DNA from: Macrostomum lignano
Taxonomy: Eukaryota
Assembly: GCA_002269645.1 (NCBI GenBank)
Contig: NIVC01002478.1
Coordinates: 74,462 to 138,461, forward strand
Direction of reading: 5' to 3'
DNA: 64,000 nucleotides
The translations under genes were made by a program, and so were the position numbers. The notes below the pieces were generated by a model. That model ran no database searches, was not told where the DNA came from, and saw only the letters and a program-made list of their open reading frames with translations. How positions within the stretch are numbered: the first letter of the stretch is position 1; every line of letters starts with the position of its first letter. Shown here piece after piece: positions 12,225 through 23,900 of the stretch.

Positions 12225-13727
12225 ATGGTGAAATCCAGGAAAAGAAAGCAACAAACAGCAACCGGCAGCAGCAGTGATCTGGCGGACTCGGAGCAGCCTG
12301 CGGCAAAGCGCCTAGCTAAAGAGCAGCAGCAGGCGGATAGCAACAATAACGAGGACAGCAGCAACAGCAGCAGTAATTTGCCTAGCAACCAGACTGAAGC
12401 AGCAGCAGCTTCCGGCGATATCGAAGACGACACCTGTCCGATCTGCGTGTCCATCCTGACCAAACCGGTCCGACTGCCCTGCGGTCACGTGCTCTGCCTG
12501 GAATGCCTGCAGGCGTCCACAGCGAGCTGGTCGGCGCTGGTCTGCCCGATGTGCCGAAAACGCATCGGCGTCTGGCTTCGGCGCCGAGCCAAGGACCCGG
12601 AAGCTCTGGTCGACGCCAAGCTGTGGTCGGCTGTGCAAAATCGGCACCCGGATTATTGTCGGGCCCGACTGGCCGGCATGTCCGCGCACGAGGCCGAGGC
12701 GTCCATAGCGGCTGCCGTCGGCCTGCGCCCGTCCGGCGTCGGAGACGGAGCCGGCGGCGGCGGCGGCAACGACATTGACGAAAATTGGGAAGTGGAGATG
12801 CTGCCACCGCCGCCAGCTCCGCCGCGCCAGATTGCGGCGCCGGGAGAGCTAAGAACTGAGTGGCGAGCCGCTTTAGACGAGCACGATCGCGAGCTGCTGG
12901 CCGAGCGGGTTGCGGAGGAGGCCGCCTCCGGCGCTCTCATTCGTCGGCTGCAGTCGGAGGAGCGTCTGGCTAAGCGGCGCACTTGGCTGGACGATTTCCT
13001 TGCCAAAGGCGGTGTTGCTAGCGGTAATAGAGCTAGAAACGGAGCTGACAATCAAAATTTAGCATTCAGTCAAGCCGGAAGTTTAACTGGAGCCCGAAAT
13101 GGAACCGGAAGTACCAATAGTTCAAGCGGATTCAACGCTGGAACCGGAAGTGTAACCGGAACCGGAAGTATCAATAAAACCGGAAGTGTAACCGGAGCCG
13201 GAAGTATCAATAAAACCGAACTCCTAAGCGTCACAGTGAGCGAGGATGAACCGGAGGACGACAGGACACTGATGGAGAACCGAGCCGGAAGTCGCAGCCT
13301 AATAGAGACCGGAAGTTTCAGCGCCAACAAACTTTGGCCACCGCAGCCGCGTAGTTCGCCTCAGCCGCAGTCCCGGCCGAAGCCGCAGCCGGCTCTAATC
13401 CGACGCAAAAGTTCGTCGGACGCGCCGTCGTCTAAACGAAGGTCGGCAACGACGCCGACGCCAGGCAGGAGTCGCCAAGCGGTTGCCGCGACGGCCTCCT
13501 CCAGCCAGCCGAAGCCAGCGTCCCCGTTCGCCATCGCAGCCGCTGTCGCTGCCGCTAAAAAGGCCGCCAGCGAAGCCGCTGCCGCCACCGCATTCAGCGA
13601 AGACTTGCCGATGGGCGCCGACTCCGACGTGAGTCAGGAAGAGGCCGATCGTCGTTTGGCTTTGCGACTTCAGCGTCAGTTCGATTTGGAGAGCGGAGTG
13701 TCTGCTGGTGGTCGGCTGGCTAATTAA
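12225..13727 (+). CDS. RNF168: RNF168-like RING E3 ubiquitin ligase, single exon, 500 aa
   Basis: C3HC4 RING (CPIC...LPCGHVLCLEC...CPMCRKRIGVW), then LVDAKLW...HPDYC, PGELRTE, MIU1-like EEAASGALIRRLQSEE and C-terminal MIU2 QEEADRRLALRLQRQFD; ATG in GCCATGG context. RNF169 paralogy cannot be excluded. Confidence 0.85.
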   Translation: MVKSRKRKQQTATGSSSDLADSEQPAAKRLAKEQQQADSNNNEDSSNSSSNLPSNQTEAAAASGDIEDDTCPICVSILTKPVRLPCGHVLCLECLQASTASWSALVCPMCRKRIGVWLRRRAKDPEALVDAKLWSAVQNRHPDYCRARLAGMSAHEAEASIAAAVGLRPSGVGDGAGGGGGNDIDENWEVEMLPPPPAPPRQIAAPGELRTEWRAALDEHDRELLAERVAEEAASGALIRRLQSEERLAKRRTWLDDFLAKGGVASGNRARNGADNQNLAFSQAGSLTGARNGTGSTNSSSGFNAGTGSVTGTGSINKTGSVTGAGSINKTELLSVTVSEDEPEDDRTLMENRAGSRSLIETGSFSANKLWPPQPRSSPQPQSRPKPQPALIRRKSSSDAPSSKRRSATTPTPGRSRQAVAATASSSQPKPASPFAIAAAVAAAKKAASEAAAATAFSEDLPMGADSDVSQEEADRRLALRLQRQFDLESGVSAGGRLAN

Positions 13728-13864
13728 TATTGGCCTCGGTTGGTTTTATATTCTGCTAAAGGCATTCAAGCCGTTCCTATTATGGTTATGAGTTGTAACA
13801 TATAGCAAATTTAGAAGTGACGATTTTATTCATCTTGTGTTGCAATTTTTCCAGATAAATATTT

Positions 13865-14410
13865 CCTGGATTGGGAAGAAATTAATGACTTCGGATTTCT
13901 TCAAAGGGAACTAATCAGGTGGAGATTTCCTAGAAAGCGATTCAATCTATTTCGGTTTCTTAGAAAGCGACTAAATATATTTGGATTCCTCGAGATGCGA
14001 ATTTAGAAGCTGTGATTTCCTGGAAACCAAGTTAACGAGTTTGCATTTCTTAGAAAGCGATTGAATTTGTTGTGATTTTCTAGAAACCGTATGGACGAGT
14101 TGCCTTTCTTAGAGAGTGAGTGAATTGGTTTTGATTTCCTAGAAACCGTATAGACGAGTTGTATTTCTTAGAAAGCGATTGAATTTGTTGTGATTTCCTA
14201 GAAACCGTATGGACGAGTTGCCTTTCTTAGAAAGCGATTGAATTTGTTGTGATTTCCTAGAAACCGTATGGACGAGTTGTATTTCTTAGAAAGCGATTGA
14301 ATTTGTTGTGATTTCCTAGAAACCGTATGGACGAGTTGCCTTTCTTAGAAAGCGATTGAATTTGTTGTGATTTCCTAGAAACCATATTGACGAGTTTGCA
14401 TTCTTAGAAA
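13865..14410. repeat. 59-bp dimeric tandem repeat built from TTTC(C/T)TAGAAA subunits, degenerate edges
   Basis: Period 59 (14165, 14224). Confidence 0.9.
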
Positions 14411-15215
14411 GTCAATTGAAATTATGCATTAATAATTCCTCAAAAGCCATCGAATATAATGACAATTTCCTAGACAGCAAACGAAGTTAGGTAGTTTTTT
14501 TCATCTTGGAAGTGTCAAATAGGGATCTCTTGTAGTGCAAATATATGCATTTTTAGTTTTTAAAAGTGCATTTGCGTGTTTTTGGAAAGCGCATTTAAGT
14601 TTTTTTCTGGATATCAATTTGGTTCAAAGTCCCGATCGGTGTATTTTTTGTACTATTATTTGTTCTCAACTACAGGTATAATACAAGTTTGTTATTTCGT
14701 AGTCTTTGTGTTGTCATTTACTTACAATACCAATATTTTGTACTGACAAAGCTACATTGCTCAGCTGCTCAGCTTCTGCTCAAAATCGGATCTATTTGAT
14801 CTTTTTGTTTTTGAGTTCATTTTATTTATTCATTGCCCACTTCTGCCCAGATCTCTCGCCAAGTTATTGTGCCTAAAATATGAGCTTTAATCTTTATATA
14901 TTAACTAGTGACGCGATTCAATTCTATATACATTTACTACTACATAATACTAACAGTAGTATAAAAACTGATAAACAGGCAGTCTGCCTGGCGAACCTAA
15001 CCCGTGCAGAGCAAGAAGACAAGCTACATGTACTTTAGTCAGGACTGTCTTGTCCGATCACTATCGTTTGAATTGTTGTTAGCTGTAATACACTGTTTAT
15101 GGCTAGGAGTTTTTGCTTCAGTAACTCCTTTATTTCTACTGTTCTCACTGAGCGCGGCCGTTGCTGTGCTGTACAACTGTTTGACACTTTCGTTTGTTAG
15201 TCAGTTTTACTCGAG

Positions 15216-16071
15216 TAGATCCCCAGTTGCTGGGCCAGCCTCCCAGATCCCCAGTTGCTGGGCCAGCCTCCCAGATCCCCAGTTGCTGGGCCAGCCTCCC
15301 AGATCCCCAGTTGCTGAGCCAGCCTCTCAGATCCTCAGTTGCTGGGCCAGCCTCCCAGATCCTCAGTTGCTGGGCCAACCTCCCAGATCCTCAGTTGCTG
15401 GGCCAGCCTCCCAGATCCTCAGTTGCTGGGCCAGCCTCCCAGATCCTCAGTTGCTGGGCCAGCCTCCCAGATCCTCAGTTGCTGGGCCAGCCTCCCAGAT
15501 CCTCAGTTGCTGGGCCAGCCTCCCAGATCCTCAGTTGCTGGGCCAGCCTCCCAGATCCTCAGTTGCTGGGCCAGCCTCCCAGATCCTCAGTTGCTGGGCC
15601 AGCCTCCCAGAGTGTCAGTTGCTGGGCCAGCCTCCCAGAGTGTCAGTTGCTGGGCCAGCCTCCCAGATCCTCAGTTGCTGGGCGAGCCTCCCAGATCCTC
15701 AGTTGCTAGGCCAGCCTCCCAGATCCTCAGTTGCTGGGCGAGCCTCCCAGATCCTCAGTTGCTGGGCCGCCTCCCAGATCCTCAGTTGCTGGGCCAGCCT
15801 CCCAGAGTGTCAGTTGCTGGGCCAGCCTCCCAGATCCTCAGTTGCTGGGCCAGCCTCCCAGATCCTCAGTTGCTGGGCCAGCCTCCCAGATCCTCAGTTG
15901 CTAGGCCAGCCTCCCAGATCCTCAGTTGCTGGTCCAGCCTCTCAGATCCTCAGTTGCTAGGCCAGCCTCCCAGATCCTCAGTTGCTAGGCCAGCCTCTCA
16001 GATCCTCAGTTGCTGGGCCAGCCTCCCAGATCCTCAGTTGCTAGGCCAGCCTCCCAGATCCTCAGTTGCTG
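15216..16071 (+). repeat. 28-bp minisatellite (CCCAGATCCTCAGTTGCTGGGCCAGCCT), ~30 copies
   Basis: Direct periodicity; same unit occurs inverted at 41490-42010. Confidence 0.95.
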
Positions 16072-16454
16072 CCACCGACACCCTTTCATTTCCTTAACCC
16101 TGGTGATTTTCGCACAAGCATGCCGAGTAATTTGATATGCATTGAATAGTTGCCAGCTAGCATAGAGGCTCATACTGCAACCGTTTAAGTAAACCAGTTT
16201 GTTGGGGCAGAAGCAGCTGTATTTTATCAGGTTGTAGGAGTTCGCTTGAAGCACCGGATGCTCGGCAACTACAATACATGTGGCCATGTAGGATTTACAC
16301 TCGACTTCAAAACCGATTCAATAAGTAAACTAAAAAATGTTTTACAGTCTGGCTTCTTCTGTGAAGAACTCTCCAGATTTCTGCAACACAGCTGATCTGT
16401 CACGACTGCTCTAGTGCGCTCATTTAATTTCTAAAATATTAGGATTGGAAGTTG

Positions 16455-17740
16455 CTGAGATTCTATGGCTCAGTGGAGAGTTGCTGAGATGCTATGACTC
16501 AATGGGGAGATTATGCGATGCTAATGGCTCAATGGGAAGATGCTGAGATGCTATGGCTCAATGGGGAGTTGCTGAGATGCTATGGCTCAATGGGAAGATG
16601 CTGAGATGCTATGACTCAATGGGAAGATGCTGAGATGCTATGGCCCAGTGGGGAGATTCTGGGATGCCAAGGCTCAATGGGGAGTTGCTGAGATGCTATG
16701 GCTCAATGGGAAGATGCTGAGATGCTATGGCCCAGTGGGGAGATTCTGGGATGCCAAGGCTCAATGGGGAGTTGCTGAGATGCTATGGCTCAATGGGGAG
16801 ATGCTGAGATGCTATGGCTCAATGGGATGATGCTGAGATGCTATGGCTCAATGGGAAGATGCTGAGATGCTATGGCCCAGTGGGGAGATTCTGGGATGCC
16901 AAGGCTCAATGGGGAGATGATGAGATGCTATGGCTCAATGGGGAGATGCTGGGATGCTATGGCTCAATGGGGAGATGCTGAGATGCTATGGCCCAGTGGG
17001 GAGATTCTGGGATGCCAAGGCTCAATGGGGAGATGATGAGATGCTATGGCTCAATGGGGAGATGATGAGATCCTATGGCTCAATGGGAAGATGCTGGGAT
17101 GCCAAGGCTCAATGGGGAGATGCTGGGATGCCAAGGCTCAATGGGGAGATGATGAGATGCCAAGGCTCAATGGAGAGATGATGAGATCCTATGGCTCAAT
17201 GGGAAGATGCTGGAATGCCAAGGCTCAATGGGGAGATGATGAGATGCTATGGCTCAATGGGGAGATGATGAGATGCTATGGCTCAATGGGGAGATGATGA
17301 GATGCTATGGCTCAATGGGGAGATGATAAGATGCCAAGGCTCAACGGGGAGATGATGAGATTCTATGGCTCAATGGGGAGATGCTGGGATGCTATGGCTC
17401 AATGAGGAGATGCTGAGATGCTATGGCTCAATGGGAAGATGCTGAGATGCTATGGCCCAGTGGGGAGATTCTGGGATGCCAAGGCTCAATGGGGAGTTGC
17501 TGAGATGCTATGGCTCAATGGGGAGATGCTGAGATGCTATGGCTCAATGGGGAGTTGCTGAGATGCTATGGCTCAATGGGGAGATGATGAGATGCTATGG
17601 CTCAATGAGGAGATGCTGGGATGCCAAGGCTCAATGGGGAGATGCTGGGATGCCAAGGCTCAATGGGGAGATGCTGGGATGCCAAGGCTCAATGGGGAGA
17701 TGCTGGGATGCCAAGGCTCAATGGGGAGTTGGTGAGATGC
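16455..17740. repeat. 29-bp minisatellite (GATGCTGAGATGCTATGGCTCAATGGGGA)
   Basis: Direct periodicity. Confidence 0.95.
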
Positions 17741-18329
17741 CAATTGGAGCTGTTGAGCTGTTTGAGGTACCAATGCCGAAAAGACTTCAATGCTGATATG
17801 TTAAGCCCCAGAACCTATGATACCAGGGCTACTGATTTTTGTCTTAAACAAATTTATCTTCAAGGAAATAAAATTTCACAAGCTTTCTATGATTTTTTCC
17901 TTATTATGCCTTCCCAAGCCCGCGGCACTAGATTGCCAGTTTGGTCTTAAAAGAGATGCATGTAAAATACTTAAAAGTTCGCTAAATTCAGTTCGAACGG
18001 TCATTGCTGGGTGGGACGTTTGGATCAGTTTGGCTACACAACCGGAACAGCTCAGTTACTGTAGTAATATTCATATTTGATTTTTCTGTAAGTTCATACA
18101 AACTTCTTTTTAGTGCGCGCGCATCTGAGCCTCCAATTCTTGGCTGTTGTGATGTGCTTTAAAGGTCACCAGTACTATCTCTAGCTTTGATTATATTGCT
18201 AGTTAGAACATTTTTTTCAAAACCTGGTTGTCTGATCAACAAGCAACCTTTAAATATTAATCTGTTTTAGTAGTTGCCTTTAGTGTCTTTCTTAGTGTCT
18301 GTCTTAGTGTCTATTTTGGTTTCTGCCAG

Positions 18330-18952
18330 TGGCGCCAGCACCATGGGCGCCAGCACCAGGGACGCCAGCACCAGGGGCGCCAGCACCAGTGGCACCAGCA
18401 CCAGGGGCGCCAGCACCAGGGGCGCCAGCACCAGGGACGCCAGCACCAGGGGCTTTAGCACCAGGGGCGCCAGCACCAGGGGCTTTAGCACCAGGGGCTT
18501 TAGCACCAGGGGCTTTAGCACCAGGGGCGCCAGCACCAGGGACGCCAGCACCAGGAGCGTCAGCACCAGGGGCGCCAGCACCAGGGACGCCAGCACCAGG
18601 GGCGCCAGCACCAGGGGCTTTAGCACCAGGGGCTTTAGCACCAGGGGCTTTAGCACCAGGGGCTTTAGCACCAGGGACGCCAGCACCAGGGGCTTTAGCA
18701 CCAGGGGCTTTAGCACCAGGGGCTTTAGCACCAGGGGCGCCAGCACCAGGGACGCCAGCACCAGGGGCGCCAGCACCAGGGGCGCCAGCACCAGGGGCGC
18801 CAGCACCAGGGGCTTTAGCACCAGGGGCTTTAGCACCAGGGGCGCCAGCACCAGGGACGCCAGCACCAGGGGCTTTAGCACCAGGGGCTTTAGCACCAGG
18901 GGCGCCAGCACCAGGGACGCCAGCACCAGGGACGCCAGCACCAGGGGCGCCA
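18330..18952. repeat. 15-bp minisatellite with variants (CCAGCACCAGGGGCG / TTAGCACCAGGGGCT / CCAGCACCAGGGACG)
   Basis: Direct periodicity. Confidence 0.95.
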
Positions 18953-19508
18953 ACATCAGTAGCGCCAGATTGCTTCCCTTGATTTGAATTTGACTATAGA
19001 AAAAATCAGGCCAAACAATTGGAATAGTGATGCAATTTTCACACTTGCGCGAGTCAGAGCGTTCAAAATCAGTGATGCAAATTGGAATCAAGAAATTTTT
19101 ATATCCATGAAGCTGGCCACGCCTTCACCACTGCTCTGCCCATCAGCATCAGATCATTAGCTTTGCTGGGTGCGGATGAGAATTTGAAGAGCGATTCCAG
19201 AAGCGACCAAGCCCGAGCACCGGTGTGCCAGGAATGAAATTTTCTTGTCCGCCCCCGGCCTTCATCAGTAGCCGCGGTTCGTCTGCAAGAGTTGGGGGAA
19301 AGGAGGAGAGCCTGACAGTCTCTGGAGGGACTTCTTTTGACATGATCAAAACACAGAGCAGAGCGCTGCTTCGCTCATCATATAATCAGATGAGTTTGGG
19401 AGATGAGTCTTTGATAGAAGCTACTTTGCTGGCCGACAGGACTGCCTAAACAAGTCGAAAGACAGTCGGCTGTCTCCCAGTCTGACAAAGCTTAATGTCC
19501 ATATATAG

Positions 19509-19955
19509 CACAGATACTAGAGTAACTAGATGGGCCACCCAGCACATTTGCATGTAAGCTACTTTCAGTTCAGTAGTATGTTAAACAGAAGCATTTTAAT
19601 GTACTTTTAAAGCCAAGGCTCATTTATTAGCTCTTTACCAGCCAGCTTAAACTCTTCAACCGCGCATCTCCACACGAACCCCCCGCCCCGCCCAATTTTT
19701 ATTGCCTTTCTCGGAATTAAGCTAAAGCGGCCATGTACATTTCAGTGGACTGGCTAATGTACATTATGGCTGAACCAATTAGCAAGCTGTTTACGTCTGC
19801 AAGCTTGGGCTTCTAAACTTATCAAAGTCATTTCAGCTGCCTTTATTCTTATAAAATAGCTTATGTATGCTTCTTTGCTACTGAACTGAAAGTAGAAAGC
19901 TGTTTTACTAAGTGTAAATGCCTGAATGGCCAATTTAGTTATTCTAGTATTTGTG
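19509..19955. mobile_element. MITE, ~447 bp, ~30-bp TIRs (CACAGATACTAGAGTAACTAGATGGGCCA)
   Basis: Imperfect terminal inverted repeats, internal inverted CTTTCAGTTCAGTAG segment, and a shorter related copy at 53664-53891. Confidence 0.75.
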
Positions 19956-20979
19956 ATATAATAGCAAGAAATTAGAACCCAGCCTTAAGAAGTAAACTAT
20001 TTTTACGATACAAATCCATTCAACTCGAGAGCAAAAGGCCACCTCTATTCCCCTTTATTTCTATTCGGATTGATGCCATCAAAAGCCAAATAAAGGCATC
20101 ATTTTTTATTTGCGTGACCGATCGAATTTCGAACTCGTTCCTTTTAGTTTCATTAAAATTGATGCTCTAACAACTGCCTCTATTCCTATTGGGATCCTTC
20201 AAAGCAAAATAGCCTCAAGACAAAAGACAGGTTTGGCGAGAGCTGATGCCGAGAGAAAGGGAGAGAGATGCACTGCATTCCCCAGACTCCCTAGCTACCG
20301 CGTCCCAACGGACTGCTTCGCGATCCGCCCACGCGGCCCTCTCAACAGCCTGAGTGCTCAGGGATAGCTGGCAAAAATACTGAAATGAGGAAGGAAGACG
20401 GAAGAGAGGAACGGGGGCAGGGGGCGAATGCGACTGCGGACCGAATGAAGCCGGGCGATGGAAATCGAAGAGGAAAGAGAAAGCCCGGCCCCTCAGCTAC
20501 CCCACCACCCCTGCAGAGAGAGTAGATGTAGACGGCAGAGGGGATCTCAAGACTGGGTGTGGGGAGCAGAAATTCTGCGACAAATCGCGACGGGACACGG
20601 AGGCTCGGAGGGTGGGAAAAGGGAGGGGAGAGAGAAAATGAAGACTGATTGGGATCTGAGACTGGCTATCCCTATCTAGCCATCCTGCCGCACCAGGCAT
20701 CCTTCCATTTTTCTCAACACTCGCTTCATCTCCCAGCCACCCCCCCCCCGGGCACCCGGCAACCCCAGCCGCCTCCCCCAGCTTGGTAGGCCACTCACTG
20801 GTCGAGCCGGGCCATAGCCAGTCCCAGCTGCTCAGATGGCGCCTGGCTTTGCCGATACAATCCCAGATTGCATTATTCCCAGGTTAAAAATAGTCCTGTG
20901 CTGCCACAAATCATTCCTTTCTCTTGACTACTTGGCTACTGATCTGATAATTTGGACTCTCGTTCGACTGTCTGAAGTC

Positions 20980-23900
20980 ATGCAGGCCTGGGCTGTTGTT
21001 GTCGTGATTGCGCTGAGCCTTGCCGCAGTCCTGCTGGCCGCCTACCTGGCCATGCGGCTGCTGTGCCCGCAGCGGCTGGCCGAGCTGTGCGCCATCGGCG
21101 AAGAGAAACTGTCGCTGACAAAGCTGATGGACAGCAGGACTAATTACTATGCCCCGGTGAGCAAAGCAAAACACTGTGTACTTTAACTAAAGCATGTCTT
21201 CTTCTTTTACCGTCTTTCTTCTTCAAGCTTATTCTAGACATTTGAGACAACTGAACGCAAATTCAGCACCCATAGCAACTATCGCTTCTTTCAAAGAGTA
21301 ACCTGATATTTAAAGAGCATTACTCTGGGTGCATGCGCTGCTCATACTCGGGACCGGTGCTTGGAAGTTAATTAATTATGCCTGTCTGCTTTAATATTGG
21401 CTGGACTCTCTTCCAGTAGGAAGCTCGGTTGGCCACTTCTCAACTCAATGCAGTTGAGCATAGGATACGAAGAATCGGATCTGACAGGCACACACTCACT
21501 CACTCACACACACGGGGACGCACAGAGCAAGTTGCACTTTTTACCGTCACGCCAGTTCATTCTTTCAAGCATCAGCACGGCTCGCTGAAAATAGCCGCCC
21601 TTTGGCTTGCATGCAACGCTTCGGAACTCAACTGCCACTCCCCGCCCACGCCAATTTTGTAAAAAAAGAGAAACCTTTTCATCTTCGTTATTAAGCAGAT
21701 CGGGTCCTATATTTAGCCTTCGGCACCTGACTTCCCATCCGAATATTTTCCTGCATCGAACAGTTCACCTTCCTTTGAGCATTAACGCGCCCTGACAGGT
21801 GCAAAAGCAGCTCGTCAGTCTTCAAAAAATTCCGGTTTTTTCTATTCCTTCTCCTCGGCTCACCTTCTTCCATCCTCAGCTTTGTCTGACTCAACCTGAC
21901 TACTCAAACTTAATTAATCCTTGACGCACGGCACTCCCCTTCCAATTTCTCATTTTCCGTTAGGAGGATAAGCTCCGGTGTCTCAAGTCCAGGCGTCTCT
22001 AGAGACTCAGTCCTAGCAGTCCGTCGTGGCCCTCGGGCTCCAGCCCTAGCCCTAGGCGTGAAGGCCGAAAATCAGGGCTGGAGCAGATGTAGGCGACGCG
22101 AACAGGGAAGATATGGAAGTCTCTTTTAATCAGGAAATGGTCTCTTTCCGGCAGTTTTTTATTTTCTCTCTCCGCTCCATATTCTCGCGAGCCAGCACAC
22201 CAGCTGGCCATCGGAGAAGCCGTTTCTAAGAATCTAGACCCAGATAGTCAAGATAGGGATTCCCGAATCGAAGCCACATCACCACACTGAGTCTTGCGCG
22301 GCGTCTGGGATGATTTTTCCTATGTTTCCCTCGGATGGTGGGGAAAAAAGCAGACAGGCATAGATACATTTTTTGGTCTTCCAAACATTGCTTTTAGTGG
22401 CCCCCCGGCTGTCCCCAGGGTATAGATGGAGAGCTGTATAGATCAGGATAGAGCAATGGACATCCTGCCCCAGTCCTCACATCTCCCCAGCACTATCTTA
22501 TGCTGTCTGTTTTCCACTCAGGACTTGACCGCGCCATCTGTCTCTGTAGTTTTGTTCGAAATCAAAGGTAATTGTGTATTGAGGGTTCCTGTTGACTATT
22601 TCAAAAGTTTTCTCCGTGCTATTTCTATATCTTGTATAGTTTATATACTGATTGCCAGGTATGAATAGGGTGTGCACGGAGGGGGAGATTCTGTCTCCGG
22701 CGCTTGTTTGCCCTCAGCAAACACTCTACGAGCCATATGAGGCCGTGCATGGTTGCTGGGATTATTCCCCCCCCCCCAGCCCACTTGACTGAGACTCAGC
22801 TCTCCGCCCCAGGTCAATCTGGAAGTGCTCCACTTAGGAATTGGTTTAGCTAGATGCAATATATTTAATAGCTTTATTATCACTGCATTTAGTAGAAGCT
22901 AAGTGTAATTTTGATAATGCTTCCAGCGCGATTATCGCGATTTTGTTTCATCAAAATTTGCAGCAACACCCGGAGGCAGGCCAGGTGAACCGAGCCAGCT
23001 GCGAGTACAAGGACGAGCCTGGCGACAGCGGAGGCGATTCGGCCGCCAGGCACGGCCGGGCCAGTCCTGGTGACACCACCGGTGAGAGGCTCGAGGGTGG
23101 AGCTGTTTGTCTCTGGTTGGCTGGGTGGTGCTTATGACATGTAGCATCTGCTCGCTAAGGATTAGAAAAAGTGGGTAAGGGGATAGAAAAACTGGGCAGT
23201 GTACAATGAGGAATAGGAAAACTGAGCAGTGTACAATGAGTGATAGGAAAACTGAGCAGTGTACAATGAGTAATAGGAAAACTGAGCAGTGTACAATGAG
23301 TGATAGGAAAACTGAGCAGTGTACAATGAGGGATAGGAAAACTGAGCAGTGTACAATGAGGGATAGGAAAACTGAGCAGTGTACAATGAGGGATAGGAAA
23401 ACTGAGCAGTGTACAATGAGGGATAGGAAAACTGAGCAGTGTACACATGTACAATGAGTGATAGGAAAACTGAGCAGTGTACAATGAGGGATAGCAAAAC
23501 TGAGCAGTGTACAATGAGGGATAGCAAAACTGAGCAGTGTACAATGAGGGATAGGAAAACTGAGCAGTGTACAATGAGGGATAGGAAAACTAGACAGTGT
23601 ACTGTATACAGAATGTTGCAGGGCTGTTGAGTCGTCATCAAACAAAACTAAGCCGCCACCTGAGCAGGTTCCGAGTACGAGCCCGGACACAACCTGGTTC
23701 GGGCCGGGTCCGCCGAGTCGCTGGCCTCGGACACGTCCGTCATGGACCTGCAGCCGGACGTATCGCCTGTTGGCCAGGTCGAAGTCGGTCTGGAATACGA
23801 CCGCGACGCCTCCGAGCTCGTGGTGTCGCTAATCCAGGCCAGGGACCTGCCCGGCGGCGTCGGCGGCGGCGAGTCAGAGCCACCGGATCTCTGCGCCGTC

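Noticed and set aside
12194-13588. Antisense and alternative-frame ORFs over RNF168 (likewise over CUEDC2, ZSWIM8 exons and IGBP1)
   Set aside because: Expected shadows of GC-rich coding sequence; no independent homology.
15004-16097. 318-aa ORF with a hydrophobic N-terminus
   Set aside because: Mostly the 28-bp repeat; the unique part has no recognisable homology or convincing splice context.
18267-19091. Collagen/mucin/antifreeze-like repetitive ORFs (PGAPA, STRGA, LAPLV)
   Set aside because: A 15-bp repeat open in several frames on both strands; no signal peptide or flanking exons.
19100-19450. Possible exon on the minus strand between the 15-mer array and the MITE
   Set aside because: Acceptor-like site present, but no recognisable protein in any frame and no partner exons.
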